Below, piece after piece: positions 54,401-63,065 of a stretch of DNA of 64,000 bases. The notes beneath the pieces were generated by a model. That model had not been told where the DNA came from. It searched no databases and saw only the letters and a list, made by a program, of their open reading frames with translations. Origin of the DNA: an uncultured actinomycete (lineage in GTDB: Bacteria; Actinomycetota; Acidimicrobiia; Spongiisociales; UBA5794); the NCBI GenBank assembly GCA_942491345.1, contig CALOAN010000020.1, forward strand, positions 257,671-321,670, read 5' to 3'. Numbering within the stretch: position 1 is the first letter of the stretch; every line of letters starts with the position of its first letter. Both the position numbers and the translations under genes were made by a program.

Positions 54401-55188
54401 GCCGCTTCAACGCGTCGGTCTTCGAAACCAACGCACAGCCGCCGGGATCTTCCTGTATGGACCTGTCCGTCTACGAAACCGGCAGGGCAGCAGCACCCGG
54501 GAGGGTGCTTGCAGCCACCGAGGACCTCGCCGACTACTTGTGCGCGAACCAGGACATGCGTCTATCGACGGCGGTTCATCTCGCCGCACGATTCCCTGTC
54601 ATCGCAGCTTCAGGGCGAGTCGGCGCTGATCTCGTAGATTGTGGATCGGAGGGTCGCGTCGCATACGTGGTTGACGGCGGGTATCTCGAGGGATCTGCAT
54701 CGAGCACGGTGGTCGAGATATGGAGCACGCTCGAGGAGCACGTTGCCCGGCACAACGCAACAGCGACTTCGGAACCGTGCATCGTTCCTGTGCTTGTTCA
54801 CATCGACAACGGCTACGAGGAGCCGGCTCCGGCCGCTGCCGATCCCGACCCCGGAGAACTGCTGCTGCCGGTGCGCGCCTTGGCAGGCGGGCAGTTCGGT
54901 CGCTACGCCAACGCTCGACAGTCCGAAGCGCTCGAGTTCTCACGGCAATTCTCCGTCGGCGGGTCGGAGGCCACTATCCGCAGCGCGGACGGATCGGTGC
55001 TCGATGATCGCTACGTTCGCATCACGACCCGCGCTCACCCCGGGGTGCAGGCTCCTCTCGGTTGGAGTCTGTCGGACGCCTCGATCGACGACCTCCGAGG
55101 TCAACTCGATTTGCCGTCCAATCGAAGGGAGGTCGCCGAGGTGAGGACGTGGCTCGACGGCGCACTGACGTGTTCCGTGGGCTCGTAG
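51430..55188 (+). CDS. Giant polytopic membrane protein with a C-terminal patatin-like phospholipase domain
   Basis: 1252 aa (start TTG 51430 or ATG 51463). About 19 hydrophobic stretches in the first ~790 aa. Then GGGARA oxyanion motif (53938-53952), GVSGG nucleophile elbow (54076-54090, Ser codon 54082) and DGG catalytic Asp motif (54673-54681). Confidence 0.8.
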   Translation: MLDWRRHRGRTMTDQETSRDAAGISLRRYAIGIIAPILISVLSQFELVQNLDGSLIPGLPWDVGRWEIIADIFAPSWAVSLLVLAALLRRLVGVWPGPQGPPATGWFAETFLTERWAVRATWMSTAGAVLLILFAWTREWERFGQRPSAFWYAALLVGTVALLVVPAWWIRHDLFAATSRYFLGSRWFAASERYFFDEPQHHPRWANALALASVTLVGGLVVLAQLDRLLQGMRAEGAGRVGIASLAGMLEVDLSRKPGLIAERVGVWRDYSDSIGDGFASAYQVVVTHVLVDSLLVVPAIAVIGIILVIATWRHRPTAAPPSVTTSYAIIVQTALAVLIVVVVADFLENLFTWYVVDRAWRPDSFLVPANVRILWAVSLTRTVGLVLLGAFAVLLVALRGVHPRRLFVAIGAVRAELILLAIVAIVLLTQAQAADVVRQWDVTIALITVFMATVLAMLLHQTSSTTLSRLRNDAEASDEGHPPTPAEVEMPGIGRLGLRTAVVAAIFLVAGMQIVMRAGLLWPVGLGFLIPAAIIAVLWTFGLALPPKAFNRGDRAVSAHARKLIPRFLGAAVFVALGITVLKAAIPNLVFARHEDWYLLFCVVPIAAGVWRMARGTYDTMGALEIVIAGLVGAAALVRIIIGDQELSPGALTFVGVMILYGALPFFYSYEHGSLPSRFTTERLGWVPVRPLILIGAAIGAILAFVLVVQPVRIAPEIGTIAIVLTGAMFLTLIGAGMVRFSERTESPRVLAAFGINRTPMFIFLGVWLLVGGSIVTTGNNVQLIDSSDREPDGLAVGASIDSIWERWLERNATALDAASGVERGAIPMVLVSSSGGGARASVWTSYVLDCLFERKSDGETSCGGTREPGEGRSSTIALMSGVSGGGLGIAGYSSYLADPSGAAGEDWVKDKMGTDSLSPAMAWLMYVDLPRALIGYGSGIPDRAAVTEWAWEAPWTNGGALGRGVFDLWHNEPGLPPVVFNGTSVGDSCRFNASVFETNAQPPGSSCMDLSVYETGRAAAPGRVLAATEDLADYLCANQDMRLSTAVHLAARFPVIAASGRVGADLVDCGSEGRVAYVVDGGYLEGSASSTVVEIWSTLEEHVARHNATATSEPCIVPVLVHIDNGYEEPAPAAADPDPGELLLPVRALAGGQFGRYANARQSEALEFSRQFSVGGSEATIRSADGSVLDDRYVRITTRAHPGVQAPLGWSLSDASIDDLRGQLDLPSNRREVAEVRTWLDGALTCSVGS

Positions 55189-55231
55189 CGGCCGCGGGTC
55201 GGCCTCGAATGCACCCGCCGCAAATCTCCGA

Positions 55232-55774
55232 TCAGCCGCCGAAGCGTTCGGCAAACTCAGCGAAGATATCTCGGCACTGCTCATCTGCGGCGACGAAGGC
55301 AGGGTCGTCCGGGTCGAACGGCAGATCGCCATCTTCGATGATCGACGTGAGATCAATGCTGTCCGGAATGTCCTCGATGCCCTGCTCCCGCATACATGTG
55401 GCGTACTCGAGGAACGTGTCGTCGAACTCGGCCGTATCGAAGTCCAGGAGGTTCAACACCACACCCTCGATGAGATACCGGCATTCCTCTCCGGCTTCGA
55501 ACATGGCGTCCTGATCGATCGACTCGGGATCGTCGAAGTCAAATCGCGGAAGGCCGTTTGCATCGACACTCGGGTCGGGGAAGTCCATGCCTTGATCGCG
55601 CATACAGGCGGCGAACTCGATCAGAGCTTCTTCATCCGACAACGCTTGGGTTGTGTCGGTCACCGAGGCGTCGGCTGTGGCTTCGATCGATGCCACGTCG
55701 GCGGTGTCGTCTCCGCCCCCGCAGGCGGCGAGAGCGAGGACGAAGACGGCGATGAGGGTGGCGATTCGACTCAC
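55232..55774 (-). CDS. Acidic lipoprotein with a duplicated two-Cys module
   Basis: GTG at 55774 follows a GAGGAG RBS. Lipobox LALAACGG. Two related ~55-aa modules, each with C...C (FAACMRDQGMDFPDP / YATCMREQGIEDIPD). Confidence 0.65.
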   Translation of the reverse strand: MSRIATLIAVFVLALAACGGGDDTADVASIEATADASVTDTTQALSDEEALIEFAACMRDQGMDFPDPSVDANGLPRFDFDDPESIDQDAMFEAGEECRYLIEGVVLNLLDFDTAEFDDTFLEYATCMREQGIEDIPDSIDLTSIIEDGDLPFDPDDPAFVAADEQCRDIFAEFAERFGG

Positions 55775-56051
55775 GGCGGGCTCCTCTGTTCGTTCTCCTC
55801 CAAGGTACCGCGCCGGTCGGCTACTCATCGTTGGAGCGCGGCAGAACCCCTGGAGGGCGCTTGGTTCTTTCCACCTCGATGGGTGCGGGTCTATGGACCC
55901 GATGCTGTGCGCCGCAGGGGTTCTGCTCTGTCCGCGCATCGTCGCGCCCGGCGATCTCGGTGTCCAGGACTATTTCCCGCCGTAGACACCACGGTCTCGG
56001 CAGCGCACGTTGGCACTGCCACGGTGAGGCTCCGAGGCATCCAAGGTACGA

Positions 56052-56387
56052 TCAAGCGCTGCCACCACCGCCACCACTCTCGATCGGCGAGACGATTTCG
56101 GGATGTCCCAGATCCTCCTTGGCTTTGGCGCCTGCCTGTTCTGCCCACCTCCGGCCGATGTCCTCTGATCCGGGAATCTCAAACTCTCGCAGCATGCGTC
56201 CAAGATCGGCTTGGCGGTCTCGAAGCCTGGAGCGTTCGGCGAAGGCATCCGACGGAAGGCTCTGAAGTTGATCGAGCGTCTCGCCGATTTCTGCCCGAAT
56301 CCGCCGCTCGGTCATGGCCGGGTCCGGTTCTTCGCGGGTCACGTATCCAGGTCCTTCTCCGTAGGCGAACTGGCGTTTGCTCACCAT
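56052..56387 (-). CDS. Hypothetical protein
   Basis: 111 aa. Good codon bias, charged, Gly-rich tail. No recognised motif. Confidence 0.45.
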   Translation of the reverse strand: MVSKRQFAYGEGPGYVTREEPDPAMTERRIRAEIGETLDQLQSLPSDAFAERSRLRDRQADLGRMLREFEIPGSEDIGRRWAEQAGAKAKEDLGHPEIVSPIESGGGGGSA

Positions 56388-56570
56388 CAGCCTACGCGTA
56401 CAGGCACAGTCGGGGTGACTTCGGTAGTTCTCAAGCCGAGGGTGACGGCCAACCCCAAACGTCGAGGCATGCCTTCCTCAGACGTGATCTGAAGGCAGCG
56501 ATTGATCGATCCGAGGAGCCCGTCCGGGGTGCCGGTAGGCTGCCGGGCACGTTCTCGAAGGAGCACACCG

Positions 56571-58682
56571 TTGGAAGACTGGATCGCGAAGGAAGGCTAT
56601 CCAGGGCGTGGTGGTGTTACTCATGTGGCCCGGCTCAACGCCTACAACTTTGCGATCTACTCGAAACACGCGACGTTCGTCCGGCTCAATCTGTATCGAT
56701 CTGGATCCGTGGTGGCGCCCTTCTTCACCTACGACTTCGACCCACTCAAGAACAAGACCGGCCGCATCTGGCACTGCATGATTCCCGAATCGGCTGCTCG
56801 CGACGCGATCTACTATTCCTACACGGTCGATGGCCCGAACAACCCTGCCCAAGGATTTCGCTTCGACCCCGACAAGGTTCTCCTCGACCCGTATGCGAAG
56901 GCCGTCTACTTCCCGCCCAACTTCGATCGCGGCGCCGCCCGCCGACCCGGATCCAACGCCGGACAGGCACCGCTCGGGGTGATGTGCTGCTCTCAACCCG
57001 GGCGTCGGCACGAGACCGATCGTACGCCCCGCATGCACGGTCACGACCTGGTCATCTACGAGGCCCACGTTCGCAACTTCACCCGACACCCCTCCTCGGG
57101 CATAGACCGAGACCGCCGAGGCACGTACGCCGGATTCGCAGAGAAGATCCCGTATCTGAAGGACCTAGGCGTGACGGCCGTCGAACTCATGCCGGTATTC
57201 CAGGCGGACCCCCAGGAAGGTTCAACATGGGGCTACATGACGTTGGGGTTCTTCGCACTCCACGGGCAATACGCGCGGTCGGCGGTCGCGGGCGAGCAGC
57301 TCGACGAGTTCCACGACCTGGTCGCCGCACTCCATGAGGCCAACATCGAAGTGATCCTTGATGTCGTGTTCAACCACACCACCGAGGGTGACCACAACGG
57401 CCCGACCTACTCGCAGCGAGGCATCGACAACACCACGTACTACCTGTTGGAAGAGGATCGCCGGTACTACCGCAACGATGCCGGGACGGGCAACGTCATC
57501 AGGGCCGACAACCGGTTCGTGCGAACGTTCATCCTGGACAGCCTGCGGTACTGGGTGAATGAGATGCACGTAGACGGATTCCGCTTCGACCTGGCGTCGA
57601 TCCTCACCAGGAGAGCCGACGGGTCGGTCGATCTCGGTGATCCGCCGCTCATCTCGGCCATCCGCGCCGATCCGACGCTGCGCGACATACGGCTCATTGC
57701 CGAGGCCTGGGACCTCGGTAGCTACCAGCTCGGCCGGGCCTTCCCCGGCACCTACTGGACGCAGTGGAACGGGGCATTTCGCGATGACGTGCGGGGTTTT
57801 GTCCGCGGCGATGAGGGCAAGGTCCCGTCGCTGATGCGACGGCTCTATGGGAGCGACGATCTCTTCCCGGACACGTTGGCGGACTCGTACCGTCCTTATC
57901 AGGGAGTGAACTTCGTGACTTCTCACGACGGGTTCACGCTCTACGACCTCGTCGCCTACAACCGCAAGCACAACCAGGCAAACGGCCACAACAACAACGA
58001 CGGATCTGACTACAACCTGTCTTGGAACTGCGGCTGGGAGGGCGACGCCGGTGTTTCGGACGAGGTCGTCGCGCTTCGCCGGCGACAGGCGAAGAACTTC
58101 GCCGCCATTCTCATGCTGTCGAACGGCGTTCCCATGTTCCGCATGGGCGACGAGTTTCTCACGACCCAGGGCGGCAACAACAATCCTTACAACCAAGACA
58201 ACGCCACCACCTGGATCGATTGGGACCGGATGGACGAATTCGCGGCTGTTCGTCGCTTCTTCCGATTGATGATTGCGTTCCGCGGCGCGCATCCGTCGAT
58301 CGGGCGCAGCACCTTCTGGCGGGATGACGTCACCTGGTTTGGCACATCTGGTCCTCCCGACCTCAGTGTCGGCTCGCACAGCATCGCCTACGCGCTGAGC
58401 GGCGCCTCTGAGCAGGACGACGACCTCTACGTCATGATCAATGCGTGGACCGAGCCGCTCGAGTTCACCATCCAGGAAGGAGAGCCGGGGGAGTGGCGGC
58501 GCGTCATCGATACGTCACTCGCATCACCGGACGACATCGCCGAGGACCTAGATGGTGAGGTGGTCGACCGCCGAACCTGTAGGGTCGACTCGCGGTCGGT
58601 TGTGGTCCTGGTCCGGCCTGTGGCGGAAAGTCGCGAAGGGAACCGAGGCGGGCTATTCCTCCTCGAGGATGCTCCGCAGTAG
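56571..58682 (+). CDS. glgX: Glycogen debranching enzyme (isoamylase-type, GH13)
   Basis: GH13 motifs VILDVVFNHT, GFRFDLASIL and AEAWD, plus N-terminal NFAIYS. TTG at 56571 follows an AAGGAG RBS. The track ORF opens at 56502. Confidence 0.85.
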   Translation: MEDWIAKEGYPGRGGVTHVARLNAYNFAIYSKHATFVRLNLYRSGSVVAPFFTYDFDPLKNKTGRIWHCMIPESAARDAIYYSYTVDGPNNPAQGFRFDPDKVLLDPYAKAVYFPPNFDRGAARRPGSNAGQAPLGVMCCSQPGRRHETDRTPRMHGHDLVIYEAHVRNFTRHPSSGIDRDRRGTYAGFAEKIPYLKDLGVTAVELMPVFQADPQEGSTWGYMTLGFFALHGQYARSAVAGEQLDEFHDLVAALHEANIEVILDVVFNHTTEGDHNGPTYSQRGIDNTTYYLLEEDRRYYRNDAGTGNVIRADNRFVRTFILDSLRYWVNEMHVDGFRFDLASILTRRADGSVDLGDPPLISAIRADPTLRDIRLIAEAWDLGSYQLGRAFPGTYWTQWNGAFRDDVRGFVRGDEGKVPSLMRRLYGSDDLFPDTLADSYRPYQGVNFVTSHDGFTLYDLVAYNRKHNQANGHNNNDGSDYNLSWNCGWEGDAGVSDEVVALRRRQAKNFAAILMLSNGVPMFRMGDEFLTTQGGNNNPYNQDNATTWIDWDRMDEFAAVRRFFRLMIAFRGAHPSIGRSTFWRDDVTWFGTSGPPDLSVGSHSIAYALSGASEQDDDLYVMINAWTEPLEFTIQEGEPGEWRRVIDTSLASPDDIAEDLDGEVVDRRTCRVDSRSVVVLVRPVAESREGNRGGLFLLEDAPQ

Positions 58683-58985
58683 GTCGTCGACGGCACGATT
58701 CCCGACCGTCTCGCCGTACCTCTGGTCGAGGAGTTCACGCAGGCGGCCGACCACTTCTTCCCGCTCTTGGTCCTCGGACTTCGTCGATGCGGGGAAGACC
58801 TCGGTTCCGTCGACCCACGGTTTGGAATCCGATGCCCACGGGATGAGAATCAGCCACGACCACACCGTGTTGCGCCCAGAGACCGCGGTCTTGCGAATCA
58901 CACCGGTGCAGGAGTACGGCAGCGAAATCCAACCCATCGTTCGGATGAGATCACGGCCGTCCGGAATCGCGTTGGTTTCGCTCAT
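58653..58985 (-). CDS. Hypothetical protein
   Basis: 110 aa. Good GC3 bias. Its 3' end overlaps the glgX 3' end by 30 nt (convergent). Confidence 0.5.
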   Translation of the reverse strand: MSETNAIPDGRDLIRTMGWISLPYSCTGVIRKTAVSGRNTVWSWLILIPWASDSKPWVDGTEVFPASTKSEDQEREEVVGRLRELLDQRYGETVGNRAVDDLLRSILEEE

Positions 58986-59064
58986 TGGTCCTCACTTCGT
59001 CGCGAAGACGGAAACGGTACCGCGGCACTGGACACAGCGGAACGGATCGCCGGCGGACGCGGAT

Positions 59065-59091
59065 GGCGGGGTGACGATTCGTCACCCCGCC
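59065..59091 (-). terminator. Hairpin downstream of the LuxR/HK operon
   Basis: Perfect 12-bp stem GGCGGGGTGACG / CGTCACCCCGCC with an ATT loop. No U-tract. Confidence 0.5.
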
Positions 59092-59238
59092 TGATCCGGA
59101 GAGTTCATGCCTGCCGGCTGAGGACTCGCCGTCCGCTCCCCCCGTTCCCGGGTAGCCCCGGGTCCGCGCGGCTTCGAGTCTTCGCACCTGGCTGCGGCTC
59201 TCGCTCGGAGTCATGTTCGGGCATCGAGCCGACCTCCG

Positions 59239-59910
59239 CTATCGGGGTTCTCCCCGATAGCTCGGCTCCTCGTCCGGTCGCACGAAACCGGTGTCGTATG
59301 CCAGCCTCGATAGTTCGTGACGACTGGCGACCCCGAGTTTGTCGAAGATGTGTCGCATATGCGTCTCGAGTGTCTTCACCGATATCTCCATGCGGGCCGC
59401 CGTTTCTCGATAGGTATAACCGCGGGCGATGAGGTTCACGACGTCGCGCTCTCGCGGGGTGAGCTTCTCGATACCGGCAGCCTCAACGATGTCTTCGTCG
59501 ATATCCAGGAGATACCCGGCCACATCGGCCGACACCGGTCGCTGTCCTGCAGCAGCGGCTTCGATGAGGTCGGGGAGGTCGGGACCGAACGTAGCCTTGG
59601 TGACGTACCCGTCAACGCCGGCCTGGAGGAGGCGGAGAACGTCGTGTCGTTCTGCGGAGACCGTGAACGCCAGGAAGCGGACCGACGGGTCGGTGCGCCG
59701 GACCTGTTCGACAACGTATGCGCCACCCCCACCCGGGAGGCGCACATCGAGGAGGACCAGGTCGGGCCGGCGGCTGACGATCATTTCGGCGGCGTCGATT
59801 GCGTTGTCGGCTTCGCCGACGATGTCGAATCGGTCTTCCAGATAATGCCGGGCACCCGCACGTGCGACGTCGTGGTCGTCGACCAGGAAGACTCGGAGGC
59901 GCTCGGTCAT
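59239..59910 (-). CDS. LuxR/NarL family response regulator
   Basis: 223 aa. REC domain (VFLVDDHDV, LVLLDVRLPGGGG) plus a LuxR HTH (LTPRERDVVNLIARGYTYRETAARMEISVKTLETH). Confidence 0.9.
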   Translation of the reverse strand: MTERLRVFLVDDHDVARAGARHYLEDRFDIVGEADNAIDAAEMIVSRRPDLVLLDVRLPGGGGAYVVEQVRRTDPSVRFLAFTVSAERHDVLRLLQAGVDGYVTKATFGPDLPDLIEAAAAGQRPVSADVAGYLLDIDEDIVEAAGIEKLTPRERDVVNLIARGYTYRETAARMEISVKTLETHMRHIFDKLGVASRHELSRLAYDTGFVRPDEEPSYRGEPR

Positions 59911-61037
59911 GACCCACTCCCGGAGCAGATCTCAACCTCGGTGCCGAGCCCAGGTGTGCTCGTTATCTGGAGTGTCCCGCCCGCATCCGCCATCCGCTCG
60001 CGGAGCGAGTGTCGCATGCCGCGACCCTCTTCGACCGTCGTCGGGTCGAAGCCGACGCCACGGTCGCGAACGAAGACCCGGACGCTGCCGCTATGTGCCT
60101 CGGCGTACAGATTGACGATCGCCGCCCCGGAGTGGCGCGCAGCATTGGTGAGTGCCTCCCGGGTTGCATCAACAGCCACGGCGACGGGGGGAGTGAGCGG
60201 AACATCGTCCCGGATCACCGTGCGGATCTCAACACCGTGGAGATCCTCGACCTCGTCGCGCACCGCGAGGAGCGCAGCTTCGAACCCCGCCGTCCCCGGG
60301 TGGCGATAGCGGTTGATCATCCGGTCGATGGATCGCTCTTCACTCCGGACGAGATAGCGCACCCGGTCGGCATCGTCCGCGTCGGTGCGAATCACTTGCA
60401 GTGTCTGGAGCACGGAATCGTGGAGTTCGTTGGCGAGCGCCAGGCGCTCTGCCTCCAAGGCACGCCCAGTCCGTTCGGTCTCGAGCGCACGCTCGGCGGC
60501 GCGACGGCGCGCGTCGTTGCGGCGGAGGGTGTCGATCGTCCATCCGAAGATCACGCCGTAGACGATGAACACGAACGCTCCGGTTGTCGCGACGAGCGAC
60601 CGATCAGTCAGCATGAATCCGATCACCTGGTCTGCTGCGAGCACAACAGCGGCAGCGACCGCGAGGCGCATGCCGCCGGCGTAGGCGGCAACGGCGAGCC
60701 AAGAGATCGGGTAGCCGCCGTGGAAGAGTTCGCTTGCCCCCGCGATGAACGAAGCGCTGGCGACAAAGAGCGCGATGGCGCCGTCGAGGGCGACGAACTG
60801 CCACGTTCGCATCGTGCTCGGATTCCGCGACGTCACGATCGTGACGACCGTCCACCCGGCAGCCGCGATCTCCGCAAGGGCAACGACGACTCGGTTCGCA
60901 TCGGGATCGCTGAACCACGTGACGATGACCAAGAGCGTCATCCAGACGAATCCGAGGATCCGGACGAACAGGACGAGCTGGACCAGCGTGGTCTCGATCT
61001 TGGGAACCGGCTCGTTCGGGTCTGCTCGGCTGATCAC
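59907..61037 (-). CDS. Sensor histidine kinase (HisKA_3/NarX-type)
   Basis: 376 aa. N-terminal TM bundle, H-box ELHDSVLQTL, and HATPase motifs (LTNAARHS, GRGMRHSLRERM). 4-nt overlap with the regulator gene. Confidence 0.85.
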   Translation of the reverse strand: MISRADPNEPVPKIETTLVQLVLFVRILGFVWMTLLVIVTWFSDPDANRVVVALAEIAAAGWTVVTIVTSRNPSTMRTWQFVALDGAIALFVASASFIAGASELFHGGYPISWLAVAAYAGGMRLAVAAAVVLAADQVIGFMLTDRSLVATTGAFVFIVYGVIFGWTIDTLRRNDARRRAAERALETERTGRALEAERLALANELHDSVLQTLQVIRTDADDADRVRYLVRSEERSIDRMINRYRHPGTAGFEAALLAVRDEVEDLHGVEIRTVIRDDVPLTPPVAVAVDATREALTNAARHSGAAIVNLYAEAHSGSVRVFVRDRGVGFDPTTVEEGRGMRHSLRERMADAGGTLQITSTPGLGTEVEICSGSGS

Positions 61038-61116
61038 GCTGCAACGCTACCGCTTGGGACGGCTCGTCGGGGTGTCGGCGGTCGGCGGGGCGCCGGGAAT
61101 CATCGTTTTGAAAGCT

Positions 61117-61977
61117 TCAGGCGTCCTTCATCTCGGTGACGAGGGGGGCGTACGCGTCGAGCCTGGCTAGGACCTCGTCTGGTGACTTCGAAGGGACGGG
61201 CAGCACTGCACGCGTGACGCCGGCTTCGGCGAAACGGCGCAGCTGATCGGCATCGGCCGGAGCTCCAAAGATCCCGAGACTCAGCGATGCCGGGTCGCGT
61301 CCCGCAGCGCGAGCCGCCTGGTGGAGCGACTCGACCTTCGAAGTGAAGTCATGACGGCCGGCGATTGGCATCCATCCGTCGCAGAATTCCGCGATATCGC
61401 CGAACGTCTTCGGACCGGCGCCACCGCCCAGCACGATCGGTGGGTGAGGTCGCTGGATCGGCTTCGGCCACGACCACGAGGGCTCGATGTTCACGTGATC
61501 ACCGGCAAACGACGCCTCCTCGTTGGTCCAGATCTCCTTCATGGCGAGTACGTTCTCACGGAGGATCGCTCGACGCTCGAGGTAGGCGACACCGTGGTTC
61601 GCCATCTCTTCCTTGTTCCAGCCGTACCCGATCCCGAAGATGACCCGGCCGTCTGAGATCGTGTCTAGGGATGCGACCTGCTTCGCGAGCCAGATCGGGT
61701 CGCGCTGGGCCACGAGCGTGATACCGGTGCCAAGCACGAGCGTCCGGGTGGTCGCGGCGATGGCCGAGAGAGCGATGAACTGGTCGTGGGTCCGCCAGTA
61801 CATCTCCGGGAGCGGGGCAGCGTCGGCGACCCCTCCCCACGGTGTGGCGCGCGACGTCGGAATGTGGCTGTGCTCGGGGAGCCAGATTGACTCGAATCCC
61901 CGCTCTTCCACGGCTCGGCCAAGGGCGACCGGTTGAAGCGTGGTGTCGGTCGCGAAAATGGAGACACCGATATTCAT
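61117..61977 (-). CDS. LLM class (luciferase-like) F420-dependent oxidoreductase
   Basis: 286 aa from MNIGVSIFATD. GFESIWLPEHSHIP and GRVIFGIGYGWNKEE are typical of this class. The track ORF extension to 62463 is antisense to the next gene. Confidence 0.8.
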   Translation of the reverse strand: MNIGVSIFATDTTLQPVALGRAVEERGFESIWLPEHSHIPTSRATPWGGVADAAPLPEMYWRTHDQFIALSAIAATTRTLVLGTGITLVAQRDPIWLAKQVASLDTISDGRVIFGIGYGWNKEEMANHGVAYLERRAILRENVLAMKEIWTNEEASFAGDHVNIEPSWSWPKPIQRPHPPIVLGGGAGPKTFGDIAEFCDGWMPIAGRHDFTSKVESLHQAARAAGRDPASLSLGIFGAPADADQLRRFAEAGVTRAVLPVPSKSPDEVLARLDAYAPLVTEMKDA

Positions 61978-62061
61978 CCCGGTGAGGCTAGTGCCGCTTC
62001 TTCCAGACGGCGGTGCCGGTGGATCCGTTGCGCAGTGAACGTCGGCTCCTGCTGCCGGATC

Positions 62062-62075
62062 GGTACGATCGTACC
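62062..62075. promoter_or_regulatory. Perfect 14-bp palindrome GGTACGATCGTACC abutting the start codon of the LLM gene
   Basis: Read from the sequence. Ends 1 nt before the ATG at 62077. No SD sequence is present. Confidence 0.35.
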
Positions 62076-62076
62076 C

Positions 62077-62991
62077 ATGAGTGCTGCAAATCGACCCCTC
62101 GCAGTCGGCGTTCAACTTCCTGAGATCGAGCGACCGGTCCGGTGGCCGGAGCTCAGGGAGCTGGCGCTCGCGATCGAGGACCTTGGATTCGACTCGATCT
62201 GGGTCGGAGATCACCTTCTCTACGAGACCCCGGATGGTCCCCTCGGACCGTGGGAGGCCTGGTCGCTGCTTGCTGCTCTGGCAGCGAGCACGACGCGGGT
62301 CCAGCTCGGGCCGCTGGTCGCTGCGACCAGCTTCCACAGCCCGGCCATGCTCGCCAAGAAAGCGACCACGGTCGACGAGATCTCCTGTGGACGCCTCATC
62401 CTCGGACTCGGCGCAGGCTGGAATGAAGTCGAATACCGCGCCTACGGATTCCCGTTCGACCATCGGGCGAGCCGTTTCGAGGAAGCGTTCACCATCATCC
62501 GCACCTTGCTTCGCGAGGGTGAGATCGATTTCGAGGGGAGCTACTACCAGGCGCGCGACTGTCAGCTCGTTCCCCGCAGCAGACCCGAAGGGCCGCCGAT
62601 CATGATCGGATCGATCGGACCGCGGGTCCTAGCGGCGACGCTTCCCTACGTCGATGCGTGGAACACTTGGCATGCCTGGTTCGGCAACACTCCCGACGGG
62701 TTCGTGGATCTCAATACGACGATCGACGAGGCTGCTCGCGCCGTTGGACGCAACCCGGCGGAGATCGGCCGATCGGCGGCGCTCTACTGGCAATTCGACG
62801 GCGGTGGCGGGCGGCGGCAGGGAGACACGGACCGGCATACGGCTGATCCGCAGGCGGGCTCTCCAGACGAGCTTGCTGAGGCGCTCCGTGCATATGCGGA
62901 CGCCGGCGTTGACCATCTCCAACTCGTCCTCGACCCGATCACCGTGCGGTCCGTCGAACGTGCAGGCCAAGCACTCGACCTCCTCAGTTGA
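62077..62991 (+). CDS. LLM class flavin/F420-dependent oxidoreductase
   Basis: 304 aa from MSAANRPLAVGVQLPE. GFDSIWVGDHLLY and GRLILGLGAGWNEVEY motifs. Confidence 0.8.
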   Translation: MSAANRPLAVGVQLPEIERPVRWPELRELALAIEDLGFDSIWVGDHLLYETPDGPLGPWEAWSLLAALAASTTRVQLGPLVAATSFHSPAMLAKKATTVDEISCGRLILGLGAGWNEVEYRAYGFPFDHRASRFEEAFTIIRTLLREGEIDFEGSYYQARDCQLVPRSRPEGPPIMIGSIGPRVLAATLPYVDAWNTWHAWFGNTPDGFVDLNTTIDEAARAVGRNPAEIGRSAALYWQFDGGGGRRQGDTDRHTADPQAGSPDELAEALRAYADAGVDHLQLVLDPITVRSVERAGQALDLLS

Positions 62992-63065
62992 AGACGGGAC
63001 TTTCGTCCCTTGCCGACTCCCGGCGGCTGTCGCACGATGACGGCCGATCGAACCGGGGTGTTGAC

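Noticed and set aside
56465-56474. 10-bp palindrome AGGCATGCCT and an overlapping GCCTTC/GAAGGC hairpin upstream of glgX.
   Set aside because: It is short, GC-neutral, and about 100 nt from the chosen start. There is no second copy and no known regulator motif to relate it to.
55592-57337. 581-aa ORF on the plus strand, and similar long ORFs (3978..5018, 11990..13090, 18870..19721, 40049..41233, 57222..58379, 60009..61139, 31470..32633).
   Set aside because: Their translations are Arg/Pro/Gly-rich with no motifs and poor third-position GC. They lie antisense to, or out of frame with, genes that have clear family signatures. These are typical shadow ORFs of a high-GC genome.
59239-59260. 9-bp palindrome CTATCGGGG-TTCT-CCCCGATAG.
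   Set aside because: It lies within the last codons and stop of the LuxR-type regulator gene. It is plausibly incidental or part of the 3' end structure, and there is no independent evidence of function.
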